Assembly: GCF_963921235.1 (NCBI RefSeq)
Contig: NC_086108.1
Coordinates: forward strand, 45,510,001 to 45,574,000
Length of the DNA: 64,000 nucleotides
DNA from: Mobula hypostoma
Taxonomy: Eukaryota
Reading direction: 5' to 3'
Shown here: one piece after another, positions 36,991-49,480 of the stretch
How the letters are laid out: every line of letters begins with the position of its first letter
Numbering within the stretch: position 1 is the first letter of the stretch
Made by a program: the position numbers and the translations under genes
The notes under the pieces: model-generated
Database searches by the model: none
What the model was told of the DNA's origin: nothing
What the model saw: only the letters and a program-made list of their open reading frames with translations

Positions 36991-37831
36991 TGTACCACTG
37001 GGGTGTGCCACTAGTCGTGTACCACTGGGGTGTGTCACTAGTGCTGTACCACTGGGGTGTGCCACTATTCCTGTACCACTGGGTTGTGCCACTAGTCGTG
37101 TACCACTGGGGTGTGTCACTAGTGCTGTACCACTGGGGTGTGCCACTATTCCTGTACCACTGGGTTGTGCCACTAGTCGTGTACCACTGGGGTGTGCTGC
37201 CAGTGCTGTACTACTGGGGTGTGTCACTAGTGCTGTACCACTGCGGTGAGTCACTAGTACTATACCACTGGGGTGTGGCACTAGTCGTGTACCACTGGGG
37301 TGTGTCACGAGTGCTGTACCACTGGGGTGTGCCACTAGTCGTGTACCACTGGGGTGTGTCACGAGTGCTGTACCACTGGGGAGTGCCACTAGTCGTGTAC
37401 CACTGGGGTGTGTCACTAGTCGTCTACCACTGGGGTGTGTCACTAGTTGTGTACCACTGGGGTATGCCACCAGTGCTGTACTACTGGGGTGTGTCACTAG
37501 TACTATACCACTGGGGTGTGCCACTAGTCGTGTACCACTGGGGTGTGTCACGAGTGCTGTACCACTGGGGTGTGCCACTAGTCGTGTACCACTGGGGTGT
37601 GTCACGAGTGCTGTACCACTGGGGTGTGCCACTAGTCGTGTACCACTGGGGTGTGCCACTAGTCGTGTATCACTGGGGCATGTCACTAGTGCTGTACCAC
37701 TGGGGTGTGTCACTAGTGCTGTACCACTGGGGCGTGTCACTAGTGCTGTACCACTGGGGTGTGTCACTAGTGCTGTACCACTGGGGCGTGTCACTAGTGC
37801 TGTACCACTGGGGTGTGCTGCTAGTGCTGTA
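36980..37831. repeat. 27-bp minisatellite, about 31 copies
   Basis: Unit GTACCACTGGGGTGTG(C/T)CACTAGT(CG/GC)T with variants. Confidence 0.97.
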
Positions 37832-38039
37832 CGTCCCATACTTAATAAAGTGGCCACTGGGTGTATTTTTGTTTTCTTCTGCTGCTGTAGCCCAAATTTC
37901 ATTGTGCTGTTTGTTCAGAGATGCTCTTCTGCGTATCACTTGTAATGAGTGGTTACTTGTGCTACTGTCGTCTTCCTGTTGCCAACTAAAGCATCAAGCC
38001 AGACTAAAATTTATATTTAAAAAAGTTAAATTAAGTAAG

Positions 38040-40320
38040 TAGTGCAAAAGAAGTAGTGAGGTAGTGTTCACAGATTCAATGTCCATTCAGAAATCTAATG
38101 GCAGACGGTAAGAAATTGTTCCTGAATCATTGAGTGTGTGCCTTAAGGCTCCAGTATTTCTTTCCTGATGATAACAATGGGAAGAGGGCATACTGTCATG
38201 GTCCGGTCTATGAAGTCCGCATTCCTGTTCACAGACTGGTCCATTGATCCTTATTCCAGGTTTTTTGGTTTTCCCTTGTTCTGTTGGTGCCTTAATTGAG
38301 GCACATGATTCTCATTTTGGGCTGGCTACATAAACAGCTCCAAGGTTCAGCTTCAGTTTCTGGACTGTTCCCTTCCTTTCCTTCTGACACCTTTGCCTGC
38401 AACCTTTGACTTGTCTGCAACCTCGTCTGTATCCTTGCCTGTATCGTTGTCAAGTTCTACCACCAGACCAAGACTGGAGCCTTGCTGTGTCTAGATAAGG
38501 AACTGTCTATTGTTGTTTGGAACTGTCTCTTTGTGTCCACACCTTTGCTAGGTAGGTCTGGCTGTTTACCGCTACCTAGTGTTGGGAACTGTCTTTGTGT
38601 CCACGCCTTCGTTAGGTAGGTCCGGCCGTTTGCTGCTACCTTGTGTTGGGAACTGTCTCTGTGTCCATGCCTTCGCTAGGTAGGTCCAGCCGTTTGCTGC
38701 TACCTTGTATTGAAAACCGTCTTGTTGTGTTCAGCATTCTGTATATGAGTCCTGGCCCTACGTCCTAGTCCCAAGGAGGGGTCCCAGCTCTGTGTTCCAC
38801 GTTCTTGTCTCTCAAGTCCAAAGCTCCGTGTTCCCATGCTCTAGACAAAGCCCCTGTGTTCTGCATTCCTGTCTCCCAAGACCAAGGCCCTGGGTTCTGC
38901 ATTCCTGTCTCCCAAGACCAAATCTGAGCTTCATGTCCTCATCCTGTTCTGGTCCTGCATCCTGCCCAGGAGTCCCGCGTCCTGCCGCCACGTCCTGTCC
39001 TGCTGCCTTGCCATGTCTTGTCCTCACCTAGATCCAGAGTCCAACCCCGAGTCAAGACCCAGGTTCTGGGTCCCTGTCCAGTCTCTATCTCGGAGTCCTT
39101 GTCCAGGTTTCAAGTTCCTAGTTCCTCATCCAGGTCCCGCTTTCCTAGTCTAGTCCTAGCCTAGGCCCTGTATCCTAGTCTCGTCCAGGGCCTGTGTCTT
39201 GTCCAGCGTTGTTTCTTCCCCACTTCCCTTGTTTTCTTGACACACCTAGTCCAGTTCCTAGTACTTCAGTGTCTGTGTCTTGCATTTGAGTCCGTTCCCA
39301 GCACCCCCGTTATGACACATATTCTGGGTGATGGGAGTCCTTAATGATGGATACCACCTTTTTTAGGCATTGCTCCTTGAAGATGTCTTGGATGCTTTGG
39401 GGGCTAGTGCCATGAAGAAGCTGATTGAGTTCACATCTTTCTTCAGCTTCTTTCGAAACTGTGCAGTGCCCCCCGCCACTACATCAGTCAGTGATGCAGC
39501 CAGTTAGAATGCTCTCCACAGTACATTTGTAGAAATTTTCCAGTGTCTTTGGTGACATAAGAAATCTTCTCAAACTCCAAATGAAGTACGGCCGCTGTCT
39601 TGCCTCCTTTGTAACTGCATTGATATGTTGGGCCTAGGATAGATCCTCAACAAAATTGACACCTAGGAACTTGAAATTACTCACTCCTTCCACTTCTGAT
39701 CCCTCGATGAGGACTGGTGTGTGTTTCCTCGTCTGACCCTTTCTGAAGTCCACAATCAGTTCTTTGATTGTGTAAAGTTGTTTCTGCGACACCATTCAAC
39801 TAACTGATATTTATACACACTTCTGCACGCCTTCTCGTCACTATCTGAAATTCAGCCAACAATGGTTGTGTCATCAGCAAATTTATCGATGGCACCTGAG
39901 CTGTGCCTAGCCACACAGTCGTGGAAGTAGAGAGAGTACAGCAGTGGGCTAAGTGCACATCCTTCAGGTGCCAGTGTTGATTATCAGCAAGATGGAGATG
40001 TTACTTCTGATCTGCACAGACTGGAGTCTTCTGGTGAGGAAGCCGAGGATCCATTTGCAGAGGGAGGTGCAAAGGCCCAGGATATGGAGCATTTCGATCG
40101 GACCTGAAGAAATTATTGTAATTAATCACTGAGCTGTAGTTAATAGATAGCAGCCTGACGTAAGTATTAGCACTGTCCAGGCTACGTGAATAGCTAATGA
40201 GATCGCATCTGCTGTAGACTTGTTGTGGCAATAGGCAAACTGAAGTGGGTCCAACTCCTTGCTGAGACAGGAGTTGATTCTAGCCATAACCAAGCTCTCA
40301 AAGCTCTTTATTACCGGAGA
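38040..40320 (-). mobile_element. Rex1/Babar LINE fragment containing a solo LTR
   Basis: ELDPLQFAY, TYVRLL and a 3' end homologous to the other Rex copies. Confidence 0.8.
38194..39317 (+). mobile_element. Solo LTR, about 1.1 kb
   Basis: TGTCATGG...TTATGACA termini, flanks CATAC and CATAT, internal triplication of about 65 bp. Confidence 0.85.
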
Positions 40321-40379
40321 TGTGATCTGCCTAGGGAAAGCAGTTGGCATGGATGAGTTGGACCAAAAGGCCTGTTGGC

Positions 40380-42030
40380 TTTGCCAAGATTCAGAATGCA
40401 GCAAATAACACCAGTTTGAAGTGCAAGTTAATGGTGTACAAACTTTCCTCATTGTTCAAATTCCTATCTGCAAGGCATTCCACCTGCAGTAATTTGAAAA
40501 CGCATTCTCTATATTAGAGATTCCAGTTTTCCAAGTATCTTTAGGGCAGAAGGTCGTTCTTACTTCAGAGTAACCAGGGACATTCCTTCCTCCTTTGATT
40601 CATTGTTTCACTTTGACTAGTCGACTCACAAACTGGTTTATTGCTCAAATAAATGTTATTTGTTTACTTTTTCATTGATTGCACAACTTGATCTTTTCGC
40701 ACTTTGGGTATTTGACGGTCTTTATTGTGTGGGTTTTTAAATGGGTTCTCTTGTGTTTCTTTGTTTTGTGGCAAGAAGACAAATCTCAAGGTTGTATAAA
40801 GCATACATACCTTGATAATAAATATACTTTGAACTTAAATCTGTCATTTTGCCTCGATGGATGTGGAAAGCACTGCATTATGCTCTCAGTGATCCCCCCT
40901 AATTATTGTGCTCCTCAGAACTTTCCAGTGCATCTTGTATTCTCATGGAACCCAGAAACAGGTGAGCCTGACCCCTATGGTTCTACTGACCCTGACTACA
41001 AAGAGTTTGTTGAATTGAAACTTAGCCTTTTTGAGCATGCAGACTTTGTGGACTTATTGTGTAATATGTAGGAACATGATTAGGTGTAAATTAGGTTGAA
41101 GTTAACCTTTTGAAATGACTACATGCAAGAAATATATACCTCTTAAGAAAACCGCTAATTTAGTGTACTCTAAATTATGTTCTGAAGAGCAGCCAACACA
41201 CGTGAAACTTTACATCAGTGCCTAAGCATTTCTCAGATGTGGGGCATCCAGGTCTAAATATTTTGGCTAAAGTGAGGCCAGAAGCTATTTTTTTTCTGCA
41301 CCTTTCTGGTTTGCAGTGGGCAGGTAGGTAGGCAAAGCTCTGCAAGATCCTCTTGGCTTGTTGAAACCAGTTAATCTTCGGGCAAGAGACAAACTGTTCC
41401 TTCGGTACAGAACTGAAAGGAACAGTCAAAATATGTACTCATATCACATGCTATCACACTTATAAAATATACTCCTAAAATATACTCTTTCATCTTAATC
41501 AGCATGATTTATCGGGACTTGTAGACAACCAGAATTACATCTAACTTTCAATCTATGAATAACTTTCAAATTGATTTGGTGATATACAGTCTCACTTCTA
41601 TGAAAGTACATGAAGTTTTTTAATTAAACGTATTGAGATAGTTACTCATTTCCAAATATAATTAAAGAAATAATTTTCTTTTTTGCTTCTTTTTATATGA
41701 TGCCATTCACAACTGGGTCTGTCTGCTTTTTTGTTTATAAGATTTTATCATTGCTGGAAAGCAGTATTGGTTTCTCGGTGACATTACATATTTTATGTGC
41801 AATTTGCGTATTTCCAAATGGATTAGGTACCAAAATATATTTAACCTAAGCATCTGAGTGCCTGATTCACCTTAACATGGCTGAATTGACCCATTGTTAG
41901 TCTTGCATCCATCAAAGGTTGTGCAGTGCTTGTTTCATCCAGCACGAACTGTGGCTTCCAGAAGAAACTTACCACCGTTTTCATTGGCTCACACAAAAAA
42001 TCATGAATTGGGGATGAATGCAATTAAAAT
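40380..42030 (-). pseudogene. env: Endogenous foamy virus env fragment E (SU and first half of TM), interrupted by a LINE tail at about 40655-40838
   Basis: WKYANC (QEFANC), YFRS-ISVIAC (LFREINVLDIC), HWKVLRS..GITES..VLS...ND (NYAKLRSMGYALTGAVQTLSQISDIND), AINQFVSRLVKVKQ*IKGGR-PW (AVQHLHTHLNHLKTMLLERRIDW), YTINLHFKLVL (WEIGLYYELVI). Confidence 0.65.
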
Positions 42031-42049
42031 ATCTGCAGCATCATTCTAA

Positions 42050-43610
42050 TCTCCTGCACACAGCTCATTCCTCGCATAACCTTTTAGATCTCCCTCAGCC
42101 TCCACCACTCTAAAGAAAAAAAAACCCAAATCTGTATAACCTCTCATTACTGTGCATGCCCTCTAATCCTGGTAAACGTTTTCTCCATTCTCTCCAAAGC
42201 CTCAACGTCCCTGCTATAAGGGGGTGACCAGATTGAGTGCAATATTCCAGATACGACCTAATAAAGAGTTTCATAAAGCTGCAACATAACTTCCTGACTC
42301 TTGAACTCATTTCCTCGAATAATAAAGGCAAGCATACCAAATTCCTTACTTACCACCCTATCAACCTGTGTAGTCACTTTCAGGAAACTATGGACTTACC
42401 CAAGATCTCTCTGCACATCACACTGTTAAGGGTCTTGCCATTATCAGTGTACTGTTTCTTTACATACCATCTCCCAAAGGACTACACTTCACATTTGGCC
42501 ATTTTAAACTTCATCTCCCATTTCTCTGACCATGTTTGCAACTAATCTATATCCTTTTGTATCCTTTGGCGATCTTCTACACTGTCCACAATAGCACCTA
42601 TCTTCATATTGTCATGCAGGTTATTTATATATATCGCAAACAACAGAGGTCTCAGTATAGGTCACTGTTGAATACCACCGGTCACAGACCTCCAGCCACA
42701 AGAAGTCCCATTGACTACTACCATCTGTCTTCTATGGGTAAGGCCATTCTGAATTCAAATGGCCCATTCACATGGACTCCAAGCATCTGAGTCTTCTGGA
42801 TGAGTTTCCCGTGAAGGACCTTGTCAAACGCCTTACTAAAATCCATGTAGCCAATATCCACAGCTCTACCTTCATTAATCACCTACATCACTTCCTCAAA
42901 AACTCAATCAGATTAGTCAGAAGACACAATTTGCTGTGCACTGTCATAGTTATTCTCTCTAATTTCCAAATACTCATACGTCTATCCCTAACAATTATTT
43001 CCAAAGACTTCCCTACTACTGATGTGAAGACTTACATTTAAAGAAGTCATAAAATAGTTTTCAGGTTTATTCCTATTTCCCTTCATAAATAATGGAGCTA
43101 CTAATCAGTCCTTCGGGTTCTCACCAGTGGCTAGAGAGGATATGAAGATTTTGGTCTTGGCCCCAGCAAGCTCATGTCTTAGCTCTTTCTGTAACCTGGG
43201 GCATATCCAATCAGACCCTTGGGACTTAACTATCTTAATGTTCTTTAAGAAACCCACTTACCTCCTTTTTTTTCCAAAATGCCCAAGCCTATTAGCACCT
43301 CCACACTGACCGCTCTACCTTCCACAGCCTCCTTGGTAAATACTGATGCAAAGTACATCCATATCCTTTACCTCCATGCACACTTTCTCTCCATTATCCT
43401 TGAGCGCTCCTACCCACTCCCCAGTTGTCCTTTTTCTCTTGTTTTATGTATAACATGCCCTGGAATTTTCTTCAACCCTACCAGGCAATGGCCCCTCCTG
43501 GCTCTCCTAATTCCCTTCTTGAGTTATTTTCTGCCGCCTTTATTTTATGTCTCCATTTGATTTTCAATTCCATAATGTCACATAATCTTGACTAAATTCA
43601 CCACCTCTCT
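42050..43610 (-). mobile_element. Decayed CR1 LINE
   Basis: Reverse-strand similarity to CR1 ORF2, for example IRSYLEYC and the RT region. Confidence 0.75.
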
Positions 43611-43614
43611 AGAT

Positions 43615-46540
43615 ACCTGTAATTAATTATTTAAACAAACAAGAATGCTTAACTAAACTATATATATATATACAAGATTACTCAAATACACTGTACTGAA
43701 ATACCAAATACACAACTCTTCTCCATGCGTGACTATAAACTCCAACTCGATAGAGAATGTAACTCAACTATATTCATGGTATAACACAACCACTATATAC
43801 AGTCATCCCACAGCAAAGCAAATTTTCAATTGTCCCATTCAGGCCTGAAGATTTAATCACTGTGAAGGATTTCTTACTCTTGTGGGATAAATTCTTTCCT
43901 GACAAAGGGGGAGCACTATGTATGGCAGGTGGGGTTTGTTGTTGTGAAACAAGCTCAAGTTCAGACCCTCCTCTGCAGTGATCGTAGAAGTTTACTCTGA
44001 CACTGCAGGTAGGGGTTCTGACGGCTCTGGATAATGTTTTTCTCCTTTTCTCTCTCTGTATCTACATCTATCCCTTTCTTTTTCATGTTCCTTCTCTTCA
44101 TGCCTTTCTCTTTCTAATCCACATTCTTTCTCTCCATCTCTTCCCTTTTTCTTCTAGTTTGTGTATCTTGATCTTGTAGCGGTGCATTTAGTTCACTGGA
44201 ATATTCTTTAATTTAATAATCCTTCTATTGCTCCCTTTACGATCTGATCTCTCATCTTGGTTTCCTCATTCACAACGTTACCTCATGAATCCTCTGTTTT
44301 TGTATCTCCATTGACTCGTTTCTTTTTGGCCTTCCATTCATCCAGCTGGGCTTTGGTCTTTGCATCTGCTTTTACAAGCAGCTTTTTATCTCCCTCTTGA
44401 TGTTCATGCAAAAAACTTAATGGATGCAGAGTAGATTTACTCACAAAAGCTGAACGCTTGCAACTTTCCTCAAGGTCGTTGAACTCTCTCTCAGCTTAAA
44501 ACTAAGCCATATTTCACAAGCAACTGCCTGATTAGAATACTAGACGCTTTCTCAGATATGTTACCTACAAAAACTGTTGTAGTTGGACCACTACTTTCAT
44601 CACTTTCACGCCTCCTCTGAGCAGCATGGTCCTCCTTGGTCCAATATGCTTTCCAGCCAGAGGCACAGAGGTTACCACCAACACCTGTTTGTCCTCTTTT
44701 GGGTAAAGGTTCATGGTGTTTGACATGGAGACAGTTGTGGCATTGTCCAGTACCTTTCTTAATTCTCTTTAGGTTGGCTTCATTGCAGGGATGAAAACTG
44801 TGGATGGATCTCCGATCAAGTCATAGTTGGCTCAGCCCACTGTACTGGTCCTTCTATTTTATCACACACAAGCCCAATATGGCTGGCCGGTTGTTGCATT
44901 TCACTGTTACGAATGCCATTCCCACAGGAATTATCTTTTTTCTGGTATGAGTTTTTAGTTGGATATCTGTAGGCTTCAGTTTCGTATCTTTAAAATGTGT
45001 TCAACCTCATTTTGTGGAATAACTTTAAAACTGAACCAGTATCCAATTCCCATTTTAATTAATTTGCTGGTCACTTCTGGTGTAAGCCATATTGCTAACT
45101 TTCACACCGTGAATCTCAAGACTGATTTTTTATCAACGGCATGCAGATTAGTGCTCTTTTTCAAAGTACATCTTGACTTTTTAGCTTTTTCTCTTCCCTG
45201 TGCAATCCACTTATTTTTGTCTGCCTGACATGCTCTGTGTATATGTTCAACCTTCTTGCACTATTTGTAAGTTTCACCTTTAAATCTGCGTTTGTTTGGT
45301 GTATGTGAGTCCCTGCCACAAGGGTTTAGCCAGTTAGGTTTCTATTTAGACACTGCAATTTTATTCACACTCACCTTCATTCCAAACTGCAAATCAATTG
45401 TATCTCTATCTGCTGTTTCCGTTGAAATAGTGATTTCCATTGCTCGTTTGTACATAAGCTGTGCTTCAGTTAGGAGCTGTTTTTGGATGCTTTCTTTTAC
45501 GATTCTACAAACTAAAAGATCTCAGTGCATCATTAAGACCATTACTAATCTGACAATGCTGCAATTCAGCCAGGTACATTGAAATGGACTCCCCTTCCTT
45601 TTGATTCCTTTTTAAGAAACCTAAAGCATTATGCAATTAACAATGGCTTTGGTTCAAAATGTTATTGCATTACATTTACAACTGCAACAAAGCTAAGTTC
45701 GGATGGTCTGGCTGGAGCAGTCAAACTTTAATGCAAACTGTATGCTTTTAAGCCCAATGTACAGCAGACTTGGCACTTGCTTCTCATTGGCTATTTCATT
45801 TGCTTCAGAAGACTGTTCCAATTGCTTAGTATACATGAGCGGATTACCTTCTGTGTAATCAAACTCGGTGAATCTTTCCAATGTATCCAGCCATTCCTGC
45901 TCTTTGTTAAGTGATTACTATCATGCAGTACTCACTGTTTATGAACTCAGCCATTTAGGGCCAGTCGGTCGTGACTTCCCTTCTGAAGAACGTGTGCTGC
46001 TCTGTTTTGACATTGCTCTCACAGTGCTTTTTTTAGTTTGAATGTCTTGCTGCACTTTAACAGATCGGTAGCAGTCTCGGATTCATTTTAAAAATACTTT
46101 GTCACCGATAAGACATAGGAGAACAGAATTAGGCCATGTGGCCCATCGAGTCTACTCTGACATTCAATCATGGCTAATCCTTTTTCCCCTCCTGTCTTTC
46201 AGATTATCTTAAATCTAAACTCTTCTATAAACCTGAGTTTTGTTCACCAGCTTTATGTACTTCATCAACTCTTTTTTGGTTAAAATCTGTATGTTATGTT
46301 ATGTTACCAATGTTATGTTATGTTATGTTCAAAACATTAAACTTATTCAAAGGGTCCAAAATGCAGGTGTAACTTCACCTTTTACTTTAAGCCAGGTGCA
46401 CACGTTTCACGTGGTAGTGTAATGATCTATGCAATTAATGTATTTTTACATTTAACCTGTAATTTAATTGGGCAAGAATGCTTAACTAAACAATATATAC
46501 ACAAGATTACTCAAATATTATTAAAATATCCAATACACAA
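43615..46540 (-). mobile_element. Decayed Gypsy (K02A2.6-like) element with LTR remnants at both ends
   Basis: Direct repeat ACCTGTAATT..CAAGAATGCTTAACTAAAC..ACAAGATTACTCAAATA at about 43615 and about 46455. Gag-like remnant at 45693-45881 (LEQSSEANEIANEKQVP). Confidence 0.65.
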
Positions 46541-47894
46541 CATTAAGGAGTTGTGGTCACTATTCCAATCTTGTTCTCTCACTGAAAGCTCTGGCACCTG
46601 GCCAAGCTCATTATCCAACACCAGGTCCAATATGGCCTTTCCTCTGTTGGGCTATCCACATATTGATATAAGAAACCCACCTGGATGCACCTAACAAATT
46701 CCTCCCCATCTAAACCTCTTGCAGTAAGGAAGTCTCAGTCTAAATAAGGAAATTTGAATTCACCCACCACAACAGCCCTGTCATTGTTACGTCTTCCCTG
46801 CCTGCATATTTGTTCCTCAATGTCCCAGTTGTTGTTTGGGAGTCTGTAGAATAATCCCACCAGACTATTTACATCTTTCTTATTTTTGAGTATTACCCAC
46901 AGGGGCTCAACGGATGAGCCCTCCATGATGTCCCTTCTGAACGCAGCTGTGATATTGCTTCCTGTGAAGTTAAGTCATTCAGACAAGGTTCTAAGTTGTT
47001 CCCTGATTTATATGTTTTTTTTTCCTTTGTTCTCACTTTGTGGGTAATGTTGTTATGGCCAGATTAATTGACAATCCCTGATTAACCATAGAAGAATGAG
47101 ATGAAATGCCTCTTTTGAAATAGTCAATCTCCCTGGTTATGGTAGTGCCACAATTGGACACATAGTCACCTGATACCAATCAGGGTGCTCTAAATGCTCT
47201 CAATATTCCCAAGCAAGAGAAATTAAAATCATGTGTTGAGATGGTTGTCATTTTAAGTGACGGGTTATAAACTCACCTTGGACATGGTGGAAACTACTAT
47301 GTAAACACTAGTGATACTTATTTGTAAAACATATTTTAGTGTCTTTAAACTTCTTTATAAAATCTTTACAGCTTCACAGATCTCAATATTCTCCCTAATA
47401 CTGGCCCTGCTGATTGTCACACTTTCATTAACCTATCCTTCGGTCTAAACATTTGATTTCCTGTATTAATCTCACTTTATTTGGTTCAAAGATTATGTAT
47501 TTTATCTGATGACAATATTTTCAGATAGTATACTTAAGGCAACACATAATTGGAAGTTATTTTACTTAAACAGTCAATCATCATTCACCAAATTTAAGTT
47601 GCTGTACTGTATGTCCTAGTAGTCCAATAAAATAGGTCAAATTAATGCAATATTAGACCTTTCTGCAGTTTCTTTGCTGACACCTTATCACCATTCCATC
47701 ATTATTCCATGAAGCACAACTTCACAAAACAGGAAGATGATCTTGTCTTATATTATTTAGATTGAACTATGGCAACTGAAGTTCTTTTTTTGTGATCTAT
47801 TATGCATTTTCAAACTTTTGCATTAAACCAAATTACTTTTAAGAGGTGATCAGCTATGAGCTGTGATATTTATCTTTTTTCTCTAACATTGTAC

Positions 47895-48520
47895 AGGACT
47901 ATGAGGCTTTTATGAGTTTTATACCTTTGATAAAGAACAACCAGTCTCCTGTTAGGTGGAATCTTCTCACACAGACCATACTCCAGACCATCAAATCCCA
48001 TAACCTGCTGCGGGAAGTGAGACTGTGGATGCCGAATCTGGAGCAAAAAACATAAAACTTCCTTCAACAGTTTGTTTTTTTATGCTTTTTTATTTGATAT
48101 TCATGTTGTTTTCTTTTTAATGAATGCTTTGAAATGCACCAGAGCACATGGAGAATACTACTGCTAGTACCACATAGTAGTGTTTCAGATCTCACTGCAT
48201 AGCATTTCATCTCCTGTCAATTGTGTCAAACACTCCTTATAGTGGTATCAGTGTTTCATATGTATCTTCCAAAATTTTTTTCATTGACATTACTATACAG
48301 CTTGCCGGAGATGAATTTCCACATATCTTTTGACTGTCAGTCTGGTTTTGGTACTTTTGCACACCAGCATAATGTTAAATCTGAGCATGGAACAGCTGTA
48401 TCATGAACTTCATCTCATTTCTCCCGAGAAAATTTGAAATGAAATTGTAATTGATCTTGCAGGACAGACCACTGTAGAAGTTGTAACAGAGAAAATTATT
48501 TTAAGGTCCAATTTCTCTCT
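47895..48520 (-). pseudogene. env: Endogenous foamy virus env fragment F (TM ectodomain and anchor)
   Basis: KICGNSSPASCIV..KKILEDTYETLIPL*G (QPCGNSSDTSDCPVWAEAVKEPFVQVNPLKNG), YAVRSETLLCG...ILHV (YLVLASSTDCQ...IVTV), then TVEGSFMFFA...LWDLMVWSMVCV..LFFIK as an anchor-like end. Confidence 0.65.
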
Positions 48521-48559
48521 TTCTAATCACTCCCAGCATTATTTTCTAAATTTCCTAAT

Positions 48560-49480
48560 TTCGTTTGTTTTAGATCTTCATTCCCTGAAATTCTGAATAT
48601 GTCATATGCTTCTTTCTATTTCCACATCATTGAGGTGAAAACCAGCATTGTGATGTTCATTAAATCCTCCCATAGAGCAGATTTGTTGTCTCCTCTTTTG
48701 TCTACAATTGCAGGTTGTTAAAACCTACCACATGGTGACTATTTTTAGCGTAGAATTAGGATTCTTGCTAAAGAACTTGAACTCAGATTGAAAAACATCA
48801 AATATTTGCGTACGTACGAATTGTATCAAAAACATTTTTCACCACATCTGTGTTCTACATTTCTTGATGGCATTAACATAAGCCCTGCCTGGCATCAATA
48901 ATCCTATTTAATTAAATATTTCTAAAGTGAAAATCTGCAGTAATCTAACCTATTCACTTATAGGCAGCATCTAAGCCAAGTTCAATCATATATTAATTTA
49001 AAATCCATACCACCACACTTTCCAGAACAAGTTTTTGGATAGTGATCAAGTGAGAGAGTGGAGACAAATTTTTTCATAGCTACTCCAAGGAAGCTGCCAA
49101 ACCCAAACCACCATGCTGGTTAAGATTAGCCAACACTACCATGTCTTGTGGTTCATTACCTACTGAAGGGAGACCTCCAGCTGCTTTCTCTGATAATACT
49201 CACCGATAACTTTTACTTCATGGTGGTTTTATCATTGGCATCCCATCTGTTTTTTGTTTGAGGATATAAATTACAGCTTATCATATTTTTGAAAATCACA
49301 TTCTATGTACTTCTAAATCTAACAAATATGAAAGAACAATGAAATTTACCTGAGGAGGTTGAAAACTTAGTTGTGTGGGAGTTGAAGTCTGTCATTTTAA
49401 CACAAAAATAACTTTTCCTGTTCATCATTAACAAAATTACAGTTACATTTTCATGGGTCTTGAATATAAAATATGTGTTG
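48560..49480 (-). pseudogene. gag: Endogenous foamy virus gag (capsid region) directly upstream of env F
   Basis: HEVKVIGE (HIRSVTGE), GGLGL, SYEK-FVSTL (TWDSAVATL), LGLDAAYK (EGVATAYT), GLLMPGRAYVNAIKK at about 48906-48860 (GYLPGQAVVTALQQ), QIFDVF (AVYEIL). Confidence 0.72.

Noticed and set aside
36980..37831. CRISPR-like array or repeat-protein gene
   Set aside because: Head-to-tail units without unique spacers, in a vertebrate context and derived from CR1.
40679..41071. Plus-strand ORF ending NFPVHLVFSWNPETGEPDPYG..., read as a host exon or Bet-like protein
   Set aside because: It is antisense to the SU/TM junction of env E, and its 5' part is a LINE tail.
47897..48016. 120-nt plus-strand exon candidate with good splice signals (DYEAFMSFIPLIKNN...)
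   Set aside because: It overlaps the predicted membrane anchor of env F on the other strand and has no partner exons. It could still be spliced in a non-coding antisense transcript; RNA-seq would decide.
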